Position numbers and translations under genes: made by a program
From: Squalus acanthias
Lineage: Eukaryota
Length of the DNA: 64,000 nucleotides
Reading direction: 5' to 3'
Assembly: GCA_030390025.1 (NCBI GenBank)
Contig: JASTWF010000345.1
Coordinates: forward strand, 434,001 to 498,000
In this document: positions 36,932 to 49,030 of the stretch, piece after piece
How positions within the stretch are numbered: position 1 is the stretch's first letter
Layout of the letters: the number at the start of each line of letters is the position of its first letter
Notes under the pieces: model-generated
What the model saw: only the letters and a program-made list of their open reading frames with translations
What the model was told of the DNA's origin: nothing
Database searches by the model: none

Positions 36932-37677
36932 GGGCTGGAGTTCCTCAATGGGGAGCTTTTGGAGGCGGGACTCCCACTTGTCGGGTTTTAGTCCCGCCTC
37001 CATCGACTTGTGGCCAACCCATGCTATTTTCCCTTGATTGACCTTGTTAAGCCCACCCAGCAGGCTTAGCAGGCCAATTAAGGGAAAGCCGGTTACAGGT
37101 GACGTCAGCAAGTGACGTTTCATTTGTCAAGAGCTTTTGACAGATGAAATGTCAGCGTTTGACGGCTCTGTGAAGCTGTCAAACACTGACAATCTGTCCT
37201 CTAAGTTGAGTCCTTCCACTCAGGCTCAGTTGATCTCTCCTGAGCAGAAAGCAGAAGGCTGCAGCTTTTGACAGTTCTGCTTTCTGTGCCGGTGAGATCA
37301 GGGACTCCCGAGACCTGAAGGGATGAAGCCTGGAAGTAGTAGTAAAGGTAAGTAAAACTTATTAAAACACTTTACACTCACCTCACACACTTACCTCTCC
37401 ACACTTGCACTCATCACTCACCTGCACGCCGGACATCTCGGCCACTCCGACCCTGGCGTGGTTCAGAGCCGTCGGGAAGCCCACACTTCCGGGCTGAAAA
37501 TAGGGATTCTCCAAAAAACTGCCTGTTAACAGGCAATTAATTGGCACTAATCCCCTTCCCGCCTCGGGGAGGCGGCTCCCAGCCTCCTGGGAAGATAGCA
37601 CGGAGGCGGGTTGGGGGCGGGATGGGTACCCATCCCCAGATTCTGCCATTTTCCCCAGGGCTGGCAAAATTCCCCCC
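36932..37677. mobile_element. Harbinger-type MITE, 746 bp
   Basis: GTA|GGGCTGGAG...AAAATTCCCCCC|GTA (3-bp TSD); homologous in reverse orientation to 52463-53270; 16-bp palindrome TGCCTGTTAACAGGCA at 37520-37535. Confidence 0.8.
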
Positions 37678-37879
37678 GTAGTGTTTATCTTTACTAAATT
37701 TATTGCTCCTCCAATTTTAAGTTCTTTCTTTCCTCTTCTTATGCTCCCCCAGACTGCAGACCAATTTTAGTTTTTAAAAAAAGGTTGTTCCATCCCTCTT
37801 AATGAGGAAGGTTGTTTTGCATAAATGAATTCCCCACAGCTCTATTCTAGAAAAATTCAACTCATCCAGAACTCGGCAA

Positions 37880-38110
37880 TCAGTACCTAGCCCTCAAAGT
37901 CTACAACATACATTGATGTATCAACTTAAAGTCCTTGAATCGTGGTCATCAACTTTAAAATCCTTTACTTGTTTTCAAGCTCCTCTGTGTATTCAGTCTA
38001 CCCTACCTCTGCAAGCTTCTTCAACCATTTGCCTCAGATTGTACCTCCACTCTTCTGAGCCTTGTCTATTGCTCATCTTCTCTTTCCTCCACTTCATTCT
38101 TTCTTTTGGA
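37880..38110 (+). mobile_element. Old L2 fragment
   Basis: TTTAAAATCCTTTACTTGTTTTCAAG...CCTACCTCTGCAA resembles 23674-23745. Confidence 0.5.
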
Positions 38111-39509
38111 CCCATCTGTATTTGCACATTGCTGCATGAAATAGCACTTTATTTACCAAACAAAAATTCTGCTATAAAAATCAGCTCATTTTGAAATGTT
38201 CATTGGTGTATTACAAGCTTCAACATGCCAGCAGTATATTAAGGGTTAATGACACAGTCACCGGCTGCCCGATTTCCTGGACTGGAGAGAATGTTTTAAT
38301 TTATCAGCTTTATGAATTGGTAAAGGCAAGCCAACATCTTGTGCACAGCATCTTCAACCCAGATCCATTCCTCACCTGCTGGGCAGAGACAATCCCCCTC
38401 ACACTCAGAACCCAGCATCCCCTTAAGCTTCATGCTCTGTAACCGTGGCAGCTCAGCCTTATACAATTCTGTGCATCTTGCAATCAGGCATCACTACATA
38501 AAGACTGCAGCATCTTGTTAGCCAACAACCGAGCATGAAATCACTACATTGCCATCCTCATGCTATGAGTCAATCCAGCCTTTTTGTATTAGAAAGATGT
38601 ACCTGGGGGGAGGGGGAGTCATAGGTTTTCTGTTTATTTGTACTCCATTAACTACCTACAAGATGGGTTTTCTCACGGGGACTTTCTCAGCAGGAGCAAC
38701 ATAATAACATACAAAAATTTTTGTTAGAATAAAAAGAATAGAAACCCAATATTAAGTACAGATTATGTATTACAACATCATTTTTTGATCATCCAAAACA
38801 GCTGTTATTGTTTGCAGTAATAAATATTTTACATGCATTTAACTTTTACAAAATCAAATAGAAAATAATTGATTTCTGGTCACTCTGAATCAATGTTTAT
38901 CTGGTTTAATATTATTTGCTTTAAATGAACTATCGATATGCCTTACGCATTATTAAAATTGAGTTTTCACAAACAAAATTAATAATTATAATTATCATCC
39001 GTTAAAGTATTGTTTCAAAAATGATAACTTTCATGAATATATTAAATGCTTCAATCACTGAAATACGCGTTCTCACTAAATCCATCCAAAGAGTTGTCAC
39101 CAGTGCACTCACACATTCTGACAGCTCTGCCTCTGAGCAATTATTTCCTCTTGCTCTCCCGCACACTGTATGAACAAAAACTTTGTGCCGGCTTTGATTG
39201 CTGAAGCATAGCCAGAGTGAATAAATTGTATACTACAGAAAACAAGCACATTCATTCCAATCACGGTGGTGAGGTGCAGGTTTAATTAAAGCTTATCAAA
39301 AGCCACATAATGAGTAAACTCAAGCCTCGTTCCAACAAAGAATATTTTCATCTATTTAGTTTCAGCTTGTAATTTCCAAGCAATAATTAGCCACTGTTTG
39401 TGGCTTAAAGAGTTCAATTGTATTAGGGTTGGTGAAGATTTCATTACTTCTATTATCTGGAGACTGTTGGTTGTATGCATATCAATGATCAGCCTGGCTG
39501 TTTTCACCC

Positions 39510-39513
<4 letters not shown>

Positions 39514-39555
<42 letters not shown>
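39514..39555. repeat. (GT)21 microsatellite followed by a short (AT)n
   Basis: Direct reading. Confidence 0.95.
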
Positions 39556-39565
<10 letters not shown>

Positions 39566-40539
39566 TTAGACTTGCTCTCCCTGCAAACTAAGGTCTCTAA
39601 CTGTATTTCATAGGCTTCACAATGAATACACACAGTGACATGTGCAACTGTTGTTTCAATTTGGTGTAGCAGCTTGGACAGACAGTAGGGATCATGACAG
39701 AAAATAGGCTGGACCTCAACAGCCTGACCTTCCTGGTGGGAAAGAGAACCTAGCACTGTGCTCAACAAGATTCACAACAAAGAAACATATTTAGTCCCCC
39801 AAAATCAGACACGCTTCTCACAGGAAAAAAAAGTCTAAGGAAGGGTTTACCCCCTTCCTGCAGGCAAAATAGATTAGATTGAATGTTGGAACTGAGTAGT
39901 GCTTCCAAGCAGAAAAGGTGGTGAAGCTCTGTCCATTGATATTGAAATGGAAAATTATACCGTTATGGATTCTTACTGCACAGATATATTTTCTGCAAAA
40001 TTAAATAAAACTTTCATGTGTCAGATTTCCAAATTAAGGTGGTTTCCTTTGATTTATCACTCCTGCATGGAAGTGTGTCTATGAATGAGCAATGCAAGAT
40101 TCTCGTACAGTCACCATTATGTGTTGCTTGCAGCAGAAGCCTGCAATTCTAAATTATAGAAATAAAAAAAAATGTAATTTCTGCAACTGCCAATGGGAAG
40201 TAATCTTGCTCACCTGATTTACATGCTTATGTTAGTTAATATTGATTTTATGTAGAAATTAGAGTCTGTAATACTGTGAGGCAGCTTTCTTAGGTTAACA
40301 GTTTTCAGTGACAAGTGACAATGTTCTCCATTCTAATCTTTGGTTCCAAATTTTTGATAAAAGCAAAATAAAAATTATGAGGTATAGATCTCTAGAACTA
40401 AGGCAAAGGTATTTTTAAAAATGCATATTAAACTGCATGCATTATGTATTCCCAGTCACTTTGACTTGCACTCATTTATTTTGAATAGTGACACTTTAAT
40501 ACATTGTGTAACTCAAAGAGTTTGGGTTCTCCGTCACCC

Positions 40540-40785
40540 CATACATTTTTTTCTCATCCTTTCCTGAATATGGTTACTCATGTTGGGACATGGTTCCCCA
40601 GGGGATGGTGATAAGGACTGGGAACCATCGTTCAATTTTGGCTTCCTAGCTCAGGGACACTGAGTTCAAACATAGCATTCCCCTTCTAGCCCACAAATCC
40701 TAGTTGAGATTAACTAACTCAGCAAGAACAATCAAACTTGGATCTTCATGCTCTGTGTACCACACCATGCTGTAAGTTTAGCCAC
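40540..40785 (-). mobile_element. Old SINE-like repeat, family of 22000-22420
   Basis: CTAACTCAGCAAGAACAATCAAACTTGGATCTTCAT is the reverse complement of the 22045-22085 motif. Confidence 0.55.
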
Positions 40786-42419
40786 CAAGAAGCTTCAAGG
40801 TTTGGTCCTCATCGCATTAAATTAATTCACAAATGTTTAAGTATCATTCTTTGATTGAATCCAATTCAAATTGTCTGTTACTAAAAGTAGGAATCTATAC
40901 TGTTCAAGTTAAGAGCTTATTGCTTTGTCAAATTAGCTCAATAATCATAAAAAAATCTTGGTTTTCAACAACTTCGTGCAAAATCTCTATTAAAGAATGG
41001 TTATAAAATAGGTTTTGAAAATATATAAATAAAAGCATTTGAATGTTTCATGAAAATAGAAAATAAGCAAATTGAAGTGCCATTTTAAACTTAAAAACAT
41101 GCATGATTACCCCATTACCTGACATTATTTTGTGGGCAGTATGAATGCAGCTGGTGAACTTTTCCTCCTTTCAACCACAGCAATAATGCAACATTATCTT
41201 GCTATGCTTGAATTCAATTATAATAAACAGCACCCAATTTGTGCAATAACAAACAACATAAAAAGGTGAATGACAGCCTTAATTACACGATAAGTACAAC
41301 TTTCTTACTCCAATAGAGTGGTAATGGGTAGTATGATTAAGACATGCCTCCACCTGGCATTAATTGATCCACAGCACTCTCAACAGCTGACAAATACACA
41401 GACTGACAGCCAGTAGCAATGTTAGAGGCGGCGGCGGCAAGCATGGATTACTTCATTGCTGCAGAAAACAAAGAGTAGATAGGGGCCCAATCACATATTT
41501 AATACTTGCTATTTCAAAACAACTGCATCAAACAATTCTGGCTCATCAAACAGGCCATCATGGACATCTGTCAAGAACTGCAGGATTTGGAACCAACCTT
41601 TTGGCCTTGTTATATAGCAAAATCTTTGCACAGAACAGCTGAATCACACTCCACATTAGTTTCCCTGCATCCAGTGAAGCCTAACCTGAGTAGTGTGATG
41701 TTAGCTCCAGTACAACAGCTGCGGCTACCATCGCACCCCTGAACCCACTGTTCATATCATGATATGTACATAATGATACCAGTCTAGCTATTTACTGACA
41801 TGACTGCCCCCACTCCCACGGAGTAGCCTCGATAGCAGTAAATTGCGTGTGTGGCTGGGTGAAGTGGGTCACCCGTGCTGTGCACTCCAGTTTGCTCTGA
41901 ACTTCAGACCACCACTGAATATGCATCACGGATATTTGCATACACAGTGATGCTCCAAGTTTTGGACAAAACCAGAGTGTTGCTGACTACTAGCCAATGT
42001 AACGGTCACTGTCAGTAAGTTAGTATTGTTCAATGTGTCCTTATTGTAGCAAATAAAGCCTATCCAGTCATAGTGAGATTGCCTGTTGTACTTCGCTTGC
42101 CTGTGCTTTCCAGGTGCTATCCAAAGATTGTGCCAGGAGTTGATCAGCCATATGTAGGAATCTAACAGGTTGGAAAAACAACAAGGCTTTCCCAAATGCT
42201 ACCAGTTCCATATAGTGTGCATTCAATCGAAACCCAGCAACATGTAGAACTACATACATCTTTAATGAACAAGGCAACTTAAGGGTATAATTTAATGGAT
42301 TTACACTTGTTTGACACACCTAAAAACCACATGATGCAGTATGCATTACTGCCTTAGGCCTCAAGATTCCTTCATTTGCTCTCAATCCTCCCTCTAACAG
42401 GGCTGTCAAAATAGAAGTA

Positions 42420-42714
42420 ATGGGCCTCAGGTTTTGGTGGGATTGCTGTGGCCGCCACCAAAAATAAGTTTTTTTTTTATTGCTCCTGCTCCTCCCGGTT
42501 CCACAGCACTTCTGAGGGCCACTGCCACTTGTAATCGATCCCCTCCCATTCTTCTTCCCACCCTCCCCGGGACTTACCAGAGGCCTGCCCACCTATATTA
42601 TTAAAATACGGCCCGTGGCCCAAATTTGAGCGCGCCTCGGGCCTCGGTTTCTGCTGCGCACTTGTAGTGCGTCGCCTATTTCCGGCCCAAAATGGGTTGA
42701 AACTAATTTCTAAC
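42420..42714. mobile_element. Harbinger-type MITE end fragment
   Basis: GC/CpG-rich; ends AATTTCTAAC, like the element A terminus AATTTCTAGCC; GGACTTACC motif shared with the 47.5 kb fragment. Confidence 0.5.
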
Positions 42715-43038
42715 TGACGGCCTCAAAAATAACCCAGAAACGGGCATCAATATACAGGGGGCCAGTTTTGATTTTGTTTTTTTTGAACTTTTGAATCCAG
42801 AAATTTGGTCATTTCTGAAGCAAGCATGCAAGTTTTCCCATCAAGGAACACAAACACATTGTTATCATACTGCATAACTAAGAAACGCTGATAAATTAAC
42901 CAGTACTAGATCAGATTCAAGCAGCCCAATGAGCTACTTAGCTTGTCAACACTGCCAGGGAAAATGGACACAAGCTTCATCTAGAGTACATATCATGAAA
43001 TCATTGCCCTGCCTCCCCCAAAACTACACTGCAGGGAA

Positions 43039-43349
43039 ACAGAATCACAGAATCCCCACAGTGCAGATAGAGGCCATTTCGGCCCATCGAGCCTGCACTG
43101 ACACATATCCCACCCTATCCCCGTAACCCCACGTATTTAATCCCCCTAACACTAAGGGTCAATTTATCATAGCCAAATCAACCTAACCCGCACATCTTTG
43201 GACTGTGGGAGGAAACCGGAGCACCCGGAGGAAACCCACGCAGACACGGGGAGAATGTGCAAACTCCACACAGACAGTCACCCGAGGCCGGATTCGAATC
43301 CGGGCCCCTGGCGCTGTGAGGCAACAGTGCTAACCACTATGCCACCGTG
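43039..43349 (-). mobile_element. HE1-type V-SINE, full length
   Basis: tRNA head (TGGCATAGTGG; GATTCGAATCC on minus), V-domain GGAAACCGGAGCACCCGGAGGAAACCCACGCAGACACGGGGAGAA and a CR1-derived tail. Confidence 0.92.
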
Positions 43350-43629
43350 AACAATTTTGTCACTACATCCCCAGACACTGGCATTATACTATGGTAAGTC
43401 TGTGACTTGTCTATTGGTAGTCCAGTACAATTTTCCAAGACTTGCTGTGCTCCAAGGAAGCTCATGGTGAAATTTTACACATCAGTCCTTGTATTAGTTG
43501 TCTCAGGCTGCGTTCTACAGTTGTACTCCAGAGTAAAAAAAAATGCTGCTGGTTTAACAAAAAAAAATCTGAACACCTACATTTGTTGGTGTGATTCCAG
43601 CTATAGGCAGCAGCTTTCACCCACCAGCC

Positions 43630-44060
43630 AAGCTGCGTAAACTTGTTTTGTTTTCCCTTGAGTATAGAAGATTGAGGGGTGATCTAATGGAGGGGTTTAA
43701 AATGATAAAAAGATTCAATAGAGTGGATACAGAGAAGCTATTCCCTCTGGTGGGAGAATCCAAAACAGGAGGGAATAATTTTAAAAATTAGAGCTAGGCC
43801 ATTTAGGAGTGAAATCAGGGAGCATTATTTCAAACAAAGGATAGTGGAAATCTGGAATTCACTTCCCAAAAGGATGTGGATACTGGGTTATACTTGAAAT
43901 TTTCAAGACCGAGATTGATAGATTTTATTTATTGGGTAAGGGTATCAAGGGATATGGAACAAAGGTGGGTAAATGGAGTTAAGGTACAGATAAACCATGA
44001 TCTAATTGAATGGCAGAACAGGCTCGAGGGGCTGAATGACCTACTCCTGTTCCTATGTTC
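43630..44060 (+). mobile_element. CR1 3' end fragment
   Basis: LFSLEYRRLRGDL...LFPLVGESKT; 3' UTR matches 3010-3100. Confidence 0.9.
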
Positions 44061-44224
44061 CACCCACCACAGCCAGGGGAACTAATGGATTGATATGCAT
44101 AGTGGTGGTGCACTTGGGTGGTGCTAATTATTTACTTTTTTGTGAAATTAGGTTGTCAGTTTTGTAAGTATATATGTTCTCCCCTTTTTCCTCATCTATG
44201 TATCCTGAGGCCATGCAGGATATT

Positions 44225-44500
44225 CAGCTAGAGGTCACCTTCCTGGGCCTTTGCCAATGTCAGTCTATACCCCTGGTGCTACAACTGACCTCAGCACTCC
44301 TGGTTAGGAAGGGCAAAAATAGTACATCAACAATCCATTGACCCTTGCTGGAAAATGCATAATTGTGAATGTCAGATGAGGACAAGATTGGGTGTGACTT
44401 GGTGTTGCCCACAGTTGAATAACCTACCAGTAGCCATCACCTGACTCACATGTCAACTGGGTGGGGATTTCTGACTACGCCACCACAGGGGTACCTTGGT
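44225..44500 (+). mobile_element. Old SINE-like repeat, family of 22000-22420
   Basis: GCTACAACTGACCTCAGCACTCCTGG...TCCATTGACCCTTGCTGGAAA...GAGGACAAGATTGGG. Confidence 0.55.
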
Positions 44501-45380
44501 GCAATATGTTTAAAATGCTACTACTAAGCTAAACCTAGCTCTCGGTGGGTTAAATTCACAGGACATCACGATATAGATTAGGATTCAGATGGTCTGCCAG
44601 AGACAATGAAAGATAGATTAATATTCTAGTAATTGTTCACCCTCATCAGAACTGCAACAACTCTATTCATCTGAACTCAGCACGTGTCATTGCCAAGTTA
44701 GGCTGGTAGATTCCACTCTTGGGTGGTGGGTGGGCAGTTTGACAAAAACCCGATATCGAAGTCAAGCTGACATTGAAAATAGACAGGAGGTTCTGGGAAG
44801 AGAAACGTCTGCTTGTGCTGAAGGCTAGAATGCAGAGGAGTTATTCTCCTTAAGTCAAGTAAGATGACTCACTGATGTGGGGAAGGTATGCTTATTATTT
44901 TGTATTATTACGCAAAGACAGGTTGTATTGTTTGAAATAAGGGGAACCGATTTTAACTGTGGCTCTGCATGTTCGCACACAGTGAAATAAAGCAGCTTAA
45001 TGATTCACATCAAGCCACCAAGTTTTTGCTCAGTCCACCTTTGGAGATTGAAGAAGCACACATGCGAGACACATAAATATTCAGTCGTGAAAGTATGGGG
45101 ATGTTATTATTAGGTCAGAGTTATACTATCTTACAGGTAGATATTAGGCAGTGCGCGTCAAGTGCCAAAAACGCAAGATTCACAGACCGCTTTTGGAAGC
45201 AAGTGACAGCACTGAACCAGAGAAACAATCTACGGCATTCATGAATTTTGTAACAGCCACAATTAATTTCAGCTTTCAGGAGAGAAGGGGAAAAAAATTG
45301 GGAGAAACAAATTCATGCTGCATGTTCAAAATATTACTCAGTTAAAATTTCCTGCATAAACAGATTCTATCCTCCCAAAA

Positions 45381-45435
45381 CACACACACACACACACACA
45401 CAATACTAGTGGCTTGGGGGGGGGGGGGGGGGGGG
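45381..45435. repeat. (CA)11 followed by a G20 homopolymer
   Basis: Direct reading: CA 45381-45402, G 45416-45435. Confidence 0.95.
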
Positions 45436-46479
45436 CGCAAAGAAAAAGATTATATTAATTTTCTGCTTCTCATCTCAATTTGGTAAAGAAATGGTGACCT
45501 GAAAAGAAATAGTTTAAGCTTATGCCATTTAATTAAATACAGTTGACTCTGGGTAAATGCATACCTGAAGGAAAGGAATTCAGGCAGAGACATTCAAAGT
45601 AATAAACCATTTCCCGTTACTCCTATTATACAGATTTTGTGACCCAAGCATAAATTTAAATACAAATAAAAATTCTTAAATATTCCCCAGTTATCTGCTT
45701 TTTTTTATATAAAAGTGTTCAATACAAACTATAATCATTCCATTGTGAAAGTGCAACTAGAGACAGCAGCACACATCAGAAGTCTAATCACGTTTGTATA
45801 ACATGTACATTTTTGGAAAGTGTTTCCTGCGTTCCGATTGAATTGCTGAATCAACAATTAAATGGGCTGCCGAACTGTGATTTGCAAATTGGTTATTTTT
45901 ATCCTGAGTTTATAGAAATCCTGACTCAAGCATTAAAATCCTGTAATCTAGTTATGTGTTTATCAGGATTTAGCTGTACTTGACTTATTCCTCCCATCCC
46001 TCTGTGGCTGCATACCTTCCCCCACCCTCGAATGCTTTGATCTTTGCAGTTCTTTCTCTACTGCCCCCTCCTCCTGACAGTTCCACAATCTGCATTTTCT
46101 ATTCTCACCGACACCTCTGACCTCTGGTGCTTTTTCTTTTGCTCTTTCGAACAGCTCTGGTCCTGGTCAGGTCTGTGCTCTCCAAAAAGCTCCAATTCTT
46201 ACTGCTGTAATTATGTCCACATACAATCCTGATATTTACTGTGAATTTATTCCTCACCCCAACAACTCTGAGAACTCCATCAGCTTTCCTCCCCCAATCT
46301 GTGATGCTTTCTGACTCGTGGTTTAAACAGAGAATAGAGGTGTATAGGAAAAAGATATGGATGGAAAATATAAATTGTAAAGAGAAAATGAGTTTAAACC
46401 TTTGTACAGAATAATCTTCCCCACTACCTTGCACATAAGGTATAAAAATAGATATTATGAAAAAATCCATTAGTTTATA

Positions 46480-47135
46480 TGTTACCTCTGTAATATCGCC
46501 TGTCTCTGATCCTGCCTCAGCTCATCTGCTGCCGAAACCCTCATCCATGCTTTTGTTACCTCTAGACTCAGCCATTTCAACACTCTCCTGGCCAGCCTCC
46601 CACCTTGCACCCTCTGTAAACTTGAGCTCATCCAGAACACTGCTGCCCATATCCTAACTTACACCAAGTCCTGTTGACCAGTCACCCCTGTGCTTGCTGA
46701 CCTACGTTGGCTCCCGGTCCAGCAACACCTTGATTTTAAAATCGTCATCCTTGTTTTCAAGTCTCTCCATGGCCTCGCCCCTCCCTAGCTCTGTAGCCTC
46801 CTCCAGCCCTACAACCCTCCGAGATCTCTGCGTCCCTCCAATTCTGGCCTCTTGCGCATATCCGATTGTATTCACTCCACCATTGGCGGCCATGCCTTCT
46901 GCTGCCTAGCCCCTAAACTCTGGAATTCCCTCCCTAAACCTCTCAGCCGCTCTACCCCTCTCTCCTCTTTTAAGGTGCTCCTTAAAACCTACCTCTTTGA
47001 CCAAGCTATTGATCACCTGTCATAACATCTCATGTGGCTCGGTGTCAAATTGTGTTTGATAATCGCTCCTGTGAAGCGCCTTAGAATGTTTTAGTATGTT
47101 AAAGGTGCTATATAAATATAAGTTGTGGTTGTTGT
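46480..47135 (+). mobile_element. L2 LINE 3' end
   Basis: Colinear with 23450-24050; tail AAATATAAGTTGTGGTTGTTG. Confidence 0.9.
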
Positions 47136-47214
47136 GTGTTTTAAAACAAATAGACAGTAACATAATAGTGAGAAGGACTGAGATAATGACAAGCACAGCC
47201 TATGGGGAATGATG

Positions 47215-47768
47215 AGACTGGGCTAACAATGAGCAGAGGCTGTGAGACTGGCGAGACTGGGGGGGGGGGGGGGGGGGGGGGGGGGGGAGAGGGGAGAAAG
47301 CCAGGACTGGGGGCTTGGTTGCGGGGGGGGGGAGGGGGAGAGAACAGCAAGACTGGGCTAAGAGAGAGCAGAGGCTGTGGGTGGGGAATGGTGCTATTGG
47401 TCTAACAGTGAGTTAAAAGGCAAGTTTTATATTATTTTTGTGTGGCCAGGAGGAGCAGGAGTACTCCTTTTGGACCCACAGAAATAATCCTGGCCGGTGT
47501 TACTCCGGGCTCTCCCTCTCCGCGATCATGAAGCCCGCTCCCAGGACTTACCTTGCTGCAGGCCGGATCAGCCGATATTGCGGTGGCCTGAATCCCGTGA
47601 GCTCAATCGGGATGCCCATTTGGGGCGGGCAGTTCACTGGCTCTATTTAAATAAGGCCCAGGCCTCGAAATGGCTGAGCTCTTTACTCCTGGCACTGGTG
47701 GGCGGCTGGTGCGTTTCATCGGTCGGCTGTCTGAATGTTAAACGCTACTCCACTGGCTTCTCTAACCC
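47215..47768. mobile_element. Harbinger-type MITE fragment with G-rich repeat region (G29 at 47259-47287)
   Basis: GAGGAGCAGGAG and GGACTTACC motifs shared with 42420-42714; ends TCTCTAACCC. Confidence 0.5.
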
Positions 47769-47899
47769 ACCCAGTACATATTGGCAACGTAGACTATCTC
47801 GTGTGTCAATTTAACCTTGCACTGTTCTCCCACTCCAACCTAGTTAAACTGGCACTCTTCGTCCACTCTCCCTTCCCTTTCCCTCTTCCCAAGCCGAGT

Positions 47900-48380
47900 T
47901 CATACTAGCACTTCTTCTCCTTACTCCCTTCTCAGTTCATACTGACACTCTCATTCCTCATCCACCCCAAAGTGCCTCTCGCAGCTTCCCAACTGGTCCC
48001 CCAACACCTTAAAATAAAACTCTTATTCTCATGTTTAAATCTCTTCATGGTGTCACCCCTCCTTATCTCTGTAACCTTCTCCAGTCCTACAACCTTCCGA
48101 GAATGGAGCATTCCTCCAACTCTGGCCCTCTTGTGCATCCTGAAATCCCTTTGCCCCACCATTGGCAGCTGTGCCATTAGCCATCTAGGTCCTAAGATTT
48201 GGATTTCCCTCCCTAAACCTCTTTGCCTTTCCACCTCACTCTCCCTCTCCTCCTTTAAGACCATTCTTAAACCCAATTCTTACAGCAAGTTTTCAGTCAC
48301 CCCTGTTAATATCTAATGGCTTGGTGTCGACCTGGTCTGGTTACACTTCAATAACATCCCGTGGGACATTCTTCCATGTT
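47900..48380 (+). mobile_element. L2 LINE 3' fragment, older
   Basis: HLGPKIWISLPKPL...SSFKTILK in ORF 47972-48316. Confidence 0.8.
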
Positions 48381-48924
48381 ATAGGCTTCTTTCTCTTCAT
48401 TACACTCCATTTCCCTTTCTATTCTTCTCATTTACGTATCCCTTTATTGCCATTGATTGTGCCTTGATTTTCACCTTCCCCCTCCCCATCCATTCTGTCT
48501 GCTGTCCATCCCTATCCTTCCCTATTCTAACTGCTCTCCTCCCCTTGCATTTTGCACCACCCTTTCCATACATTGTCCTCTCCTTGTATTCCAACCTCTC
48601 CTCTTCCCTTCTCTCTCTCCCCTTGTATTCTTCCCCCTCGCATTCTCCCCCCTCCATCTTTGAAGGGGAAAATCCCTACTAACCTCAATTTGTAGATTTA
48701 TTGAATTCAATTTTACAATTTGCCAGGGATGGACTGGGAATTTGACTCACGACTTCTGGATTGCTAGTCCCCAGCCACGAGACTACCATACTATTGTAAT
48801 TAAATTGCACAACAGTCAGGATTAAGTGTAGATGAAGTAGAATAATAACCTATTTATCACCAGATCCACAGCTGGAGCTGTGTGTAAGCATTCCCCTTGT
48901 TTGTGAAAACTCCCTTTTATACTA

Positions 48925-49030
48925 ACGACCGACCTGAAATGTCAACTCTGTTTCTCTCTCCACAGATGTTGCCTGACCTGCTGAGTATTTCCAGCATTTT
49001 GTCTCTATTTCAGATTTCCAGCATCCTTGC
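48925..49030 (+). mobile_element. Penelope-type terminal fragment (same family as 60440-60660)
   Basis: GACCTGAAATGTCAACTCTGTTTCTCTCTCCACAGATG...CCTGACCTGCTGAG. Confidence 0.7.

Noticed and set aside
41926..42350. Further transposase remnant (ANKAYP- and GFPKC-like words)
   Set aside because: Motifs are short, degenerate and in the wrong order for a Harbinger catalytic domain.
47141..48710. Pro/Gly-rich and Glu/Arg-rich ORFs
   Set aside because: Translations of poly-G and polypyrimidine low-complexity tracts and of an L2 fragment.
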